This document shows, piece after piece, positions 63,192 through 64,000 of a stretch of 64,000 nucleotides of DNA (positions within the stretch are counted from its first letter, which is position 1; each line of letters opens with the position of its first letter). The stretch comes from Alphaproteobacteria bacterium. Its GTDB lineage: Bacteria > Pseudomonadota > Alphaproteobacteria > RF32 > CAG-239. The DNA is taken from assembly GCA_015062285.1 (NCBI GenBank), contig SUUY01000003.1, positions 190,528 through 254,527 on the forward strand, in the 5' to 3' direction. The notes below the pieces were generated by a model that worked only from the letters and a program-made list of their open reading frames with translations, was not told where the DNA came from and made no database searches. The position numbers were made by a program, and so were the translations under genes.

Positions 63192-63950
63192 ATGGCAGAG
63201 CTCAGCAAAGAGAAAAACTTGGCGCTCAGAGGACTTAGTCCTCATGAGCGTCTAGCTAAAATCACCGACTGGTATCTTAACAGAGAAATTTCTCAAGATA
63301 CGTTTAACATGTTGTGTTGCAAAGAAAACAATAAAGCAGCAAACAAAATGTTAAATGCCGGTAAAGCAGCCAAACGAACTCAAAAAAAGACTCGAGAAGA
63401 AATTGAGATGACAAAAATGAGACACACTCTCAACGCTCGTCTCAAAAATTATCTCGCAACCAGAACTTTGGAGACTCCACTTATAAATCATGTGGAGTTT
63501 CAAGAGTTTAAAGCCATGATAAGGCTCTATCCCTTGTATCAAGAGGAAATCAACAAACTTCTTGAAGTAGCATTAAGATTTCCGGAACCGGCACTGGTTG
63601 AAGTTGCCTCTGACTTTATCACTGAACAGATAAAAATAAAAAGAGACAAAAATGTTGCTTTGTGGAAGCTATTGTGGTCATCTACACATTTGGTACCGAT
63701 GGATGTCGTTCGCTTGATGTATGACGAATTGGGCAATAATATAGACGATTATTTTGACAAGAATTTCTTAAAAGATGAACTTCTTCCTCTGATAGAAATT
63801 CAACGAGACAAAGAAATAGCCCGTCTTAACACATCAAATAGCACGCCTGTTCACAACTGTGAAGAAGCCATATCAAAATGTATGGATATTGAGAGAAAGA
63901 CAAAGCGTCTCAATGCTTTTAACAGTCTCATTCTTAAAATATCTAAGTAG
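63192..63950 (+). CDS. Hypothetical protein (252 aa)
   Basis: It follows the previous ORF after 5 nt and is terminated by a strong hairpin. Confidence 0.45.
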   Translation: MAELSKEKNLALRGLSPHERLAKITDWYLNREISQDTFNMLCCKENNKAANKMLNAGKAAKRTQKKTREEIEMTKMRHTLNARLKNYLATRTLETPLINHVEFQEFKAMIRLYPLYQEEINKLLEVALRFPEPALVEVASDFITEQIKIKRDKNVALWKLLWSSTHLVPMDVVRLMYDELGNNIDDYFDKNFLKDELLPLIEIQRDKEIARLNTSNSTPVHNCEEAISKCMDIERKTKRLNAFNSLILKISK

Positions 63951-63955
63951 ATTTT

Positions 63956-63993
63956 AATCCCTGATCGCCGATTTGGCCATCAGGGATTTTTTT
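63956..63993 (+). terminator. Rho-independent terminator
   Basis: Sequence AATCCCTGATcgccgatttggccATCAGGGATTttttt. Confidence 0.8.
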
Positions 63994-64000
63994 ATACTTT

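Overview
This is an AT-rich chromosomal segment, about one third GC by eye, with coding regions near 35-42% and intergenic regions near 25%. Its gene content and protein sequences fit a Rickettsiales-type alphaproteobacterium. The RecA sequence is very Rickettsia-like, gatCAB is present, dnaG and rpoD are adjacent, and there are an mbfA homologue, an Sca-like autotransporter, split and decayed genes, and many orphan genes. Most of the window is tightly packed housekeeping genes. These include two M16 peptidase subunits (one partial), lspA, mgtE, tRNA-Leu(GAG), recJ, an OmpA/Pal-like lipoprotein, gatCAB, fabI, a YihY/BrkB protein, recA, cysE, a TrmJ-like methyltransferase, a TetR-acrA-acrB RND efflux operon, mbfA, a tRNA with a CAT anticodon that resembles tRNA-Ile2, rbfA, yqeY-dnaG-rpoD, gyrA, ssb, a LivJ-like binding protein, uvrA, greA, trxB and a MacAB-like ABC efflux triplet. 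Many convergent gene pairs are separated by clean bidirectional rho-independent hairpins. The least ordinary part is a roughly 14 kb zone around the CAT-anticodon tRNA, from about 25.1 to 39.6 kb. It contains a RelA/SpoT-like nucleotidyltransferase divergently paired with a Nudix hydrolase, an autotransporter, a frameshifted inositol monophosphatase, tandem small paralogues, a stranded SPASM-domain fragment behind a near-consensus promoter, and an rbfA with an abnormal 5' end. It also holds a decayed ksgA remnant with an internal tandem duplication and short tandem repeats, plus several orphan genes. No CRISPR array, transposase, integrase or rRNA gene was seen.
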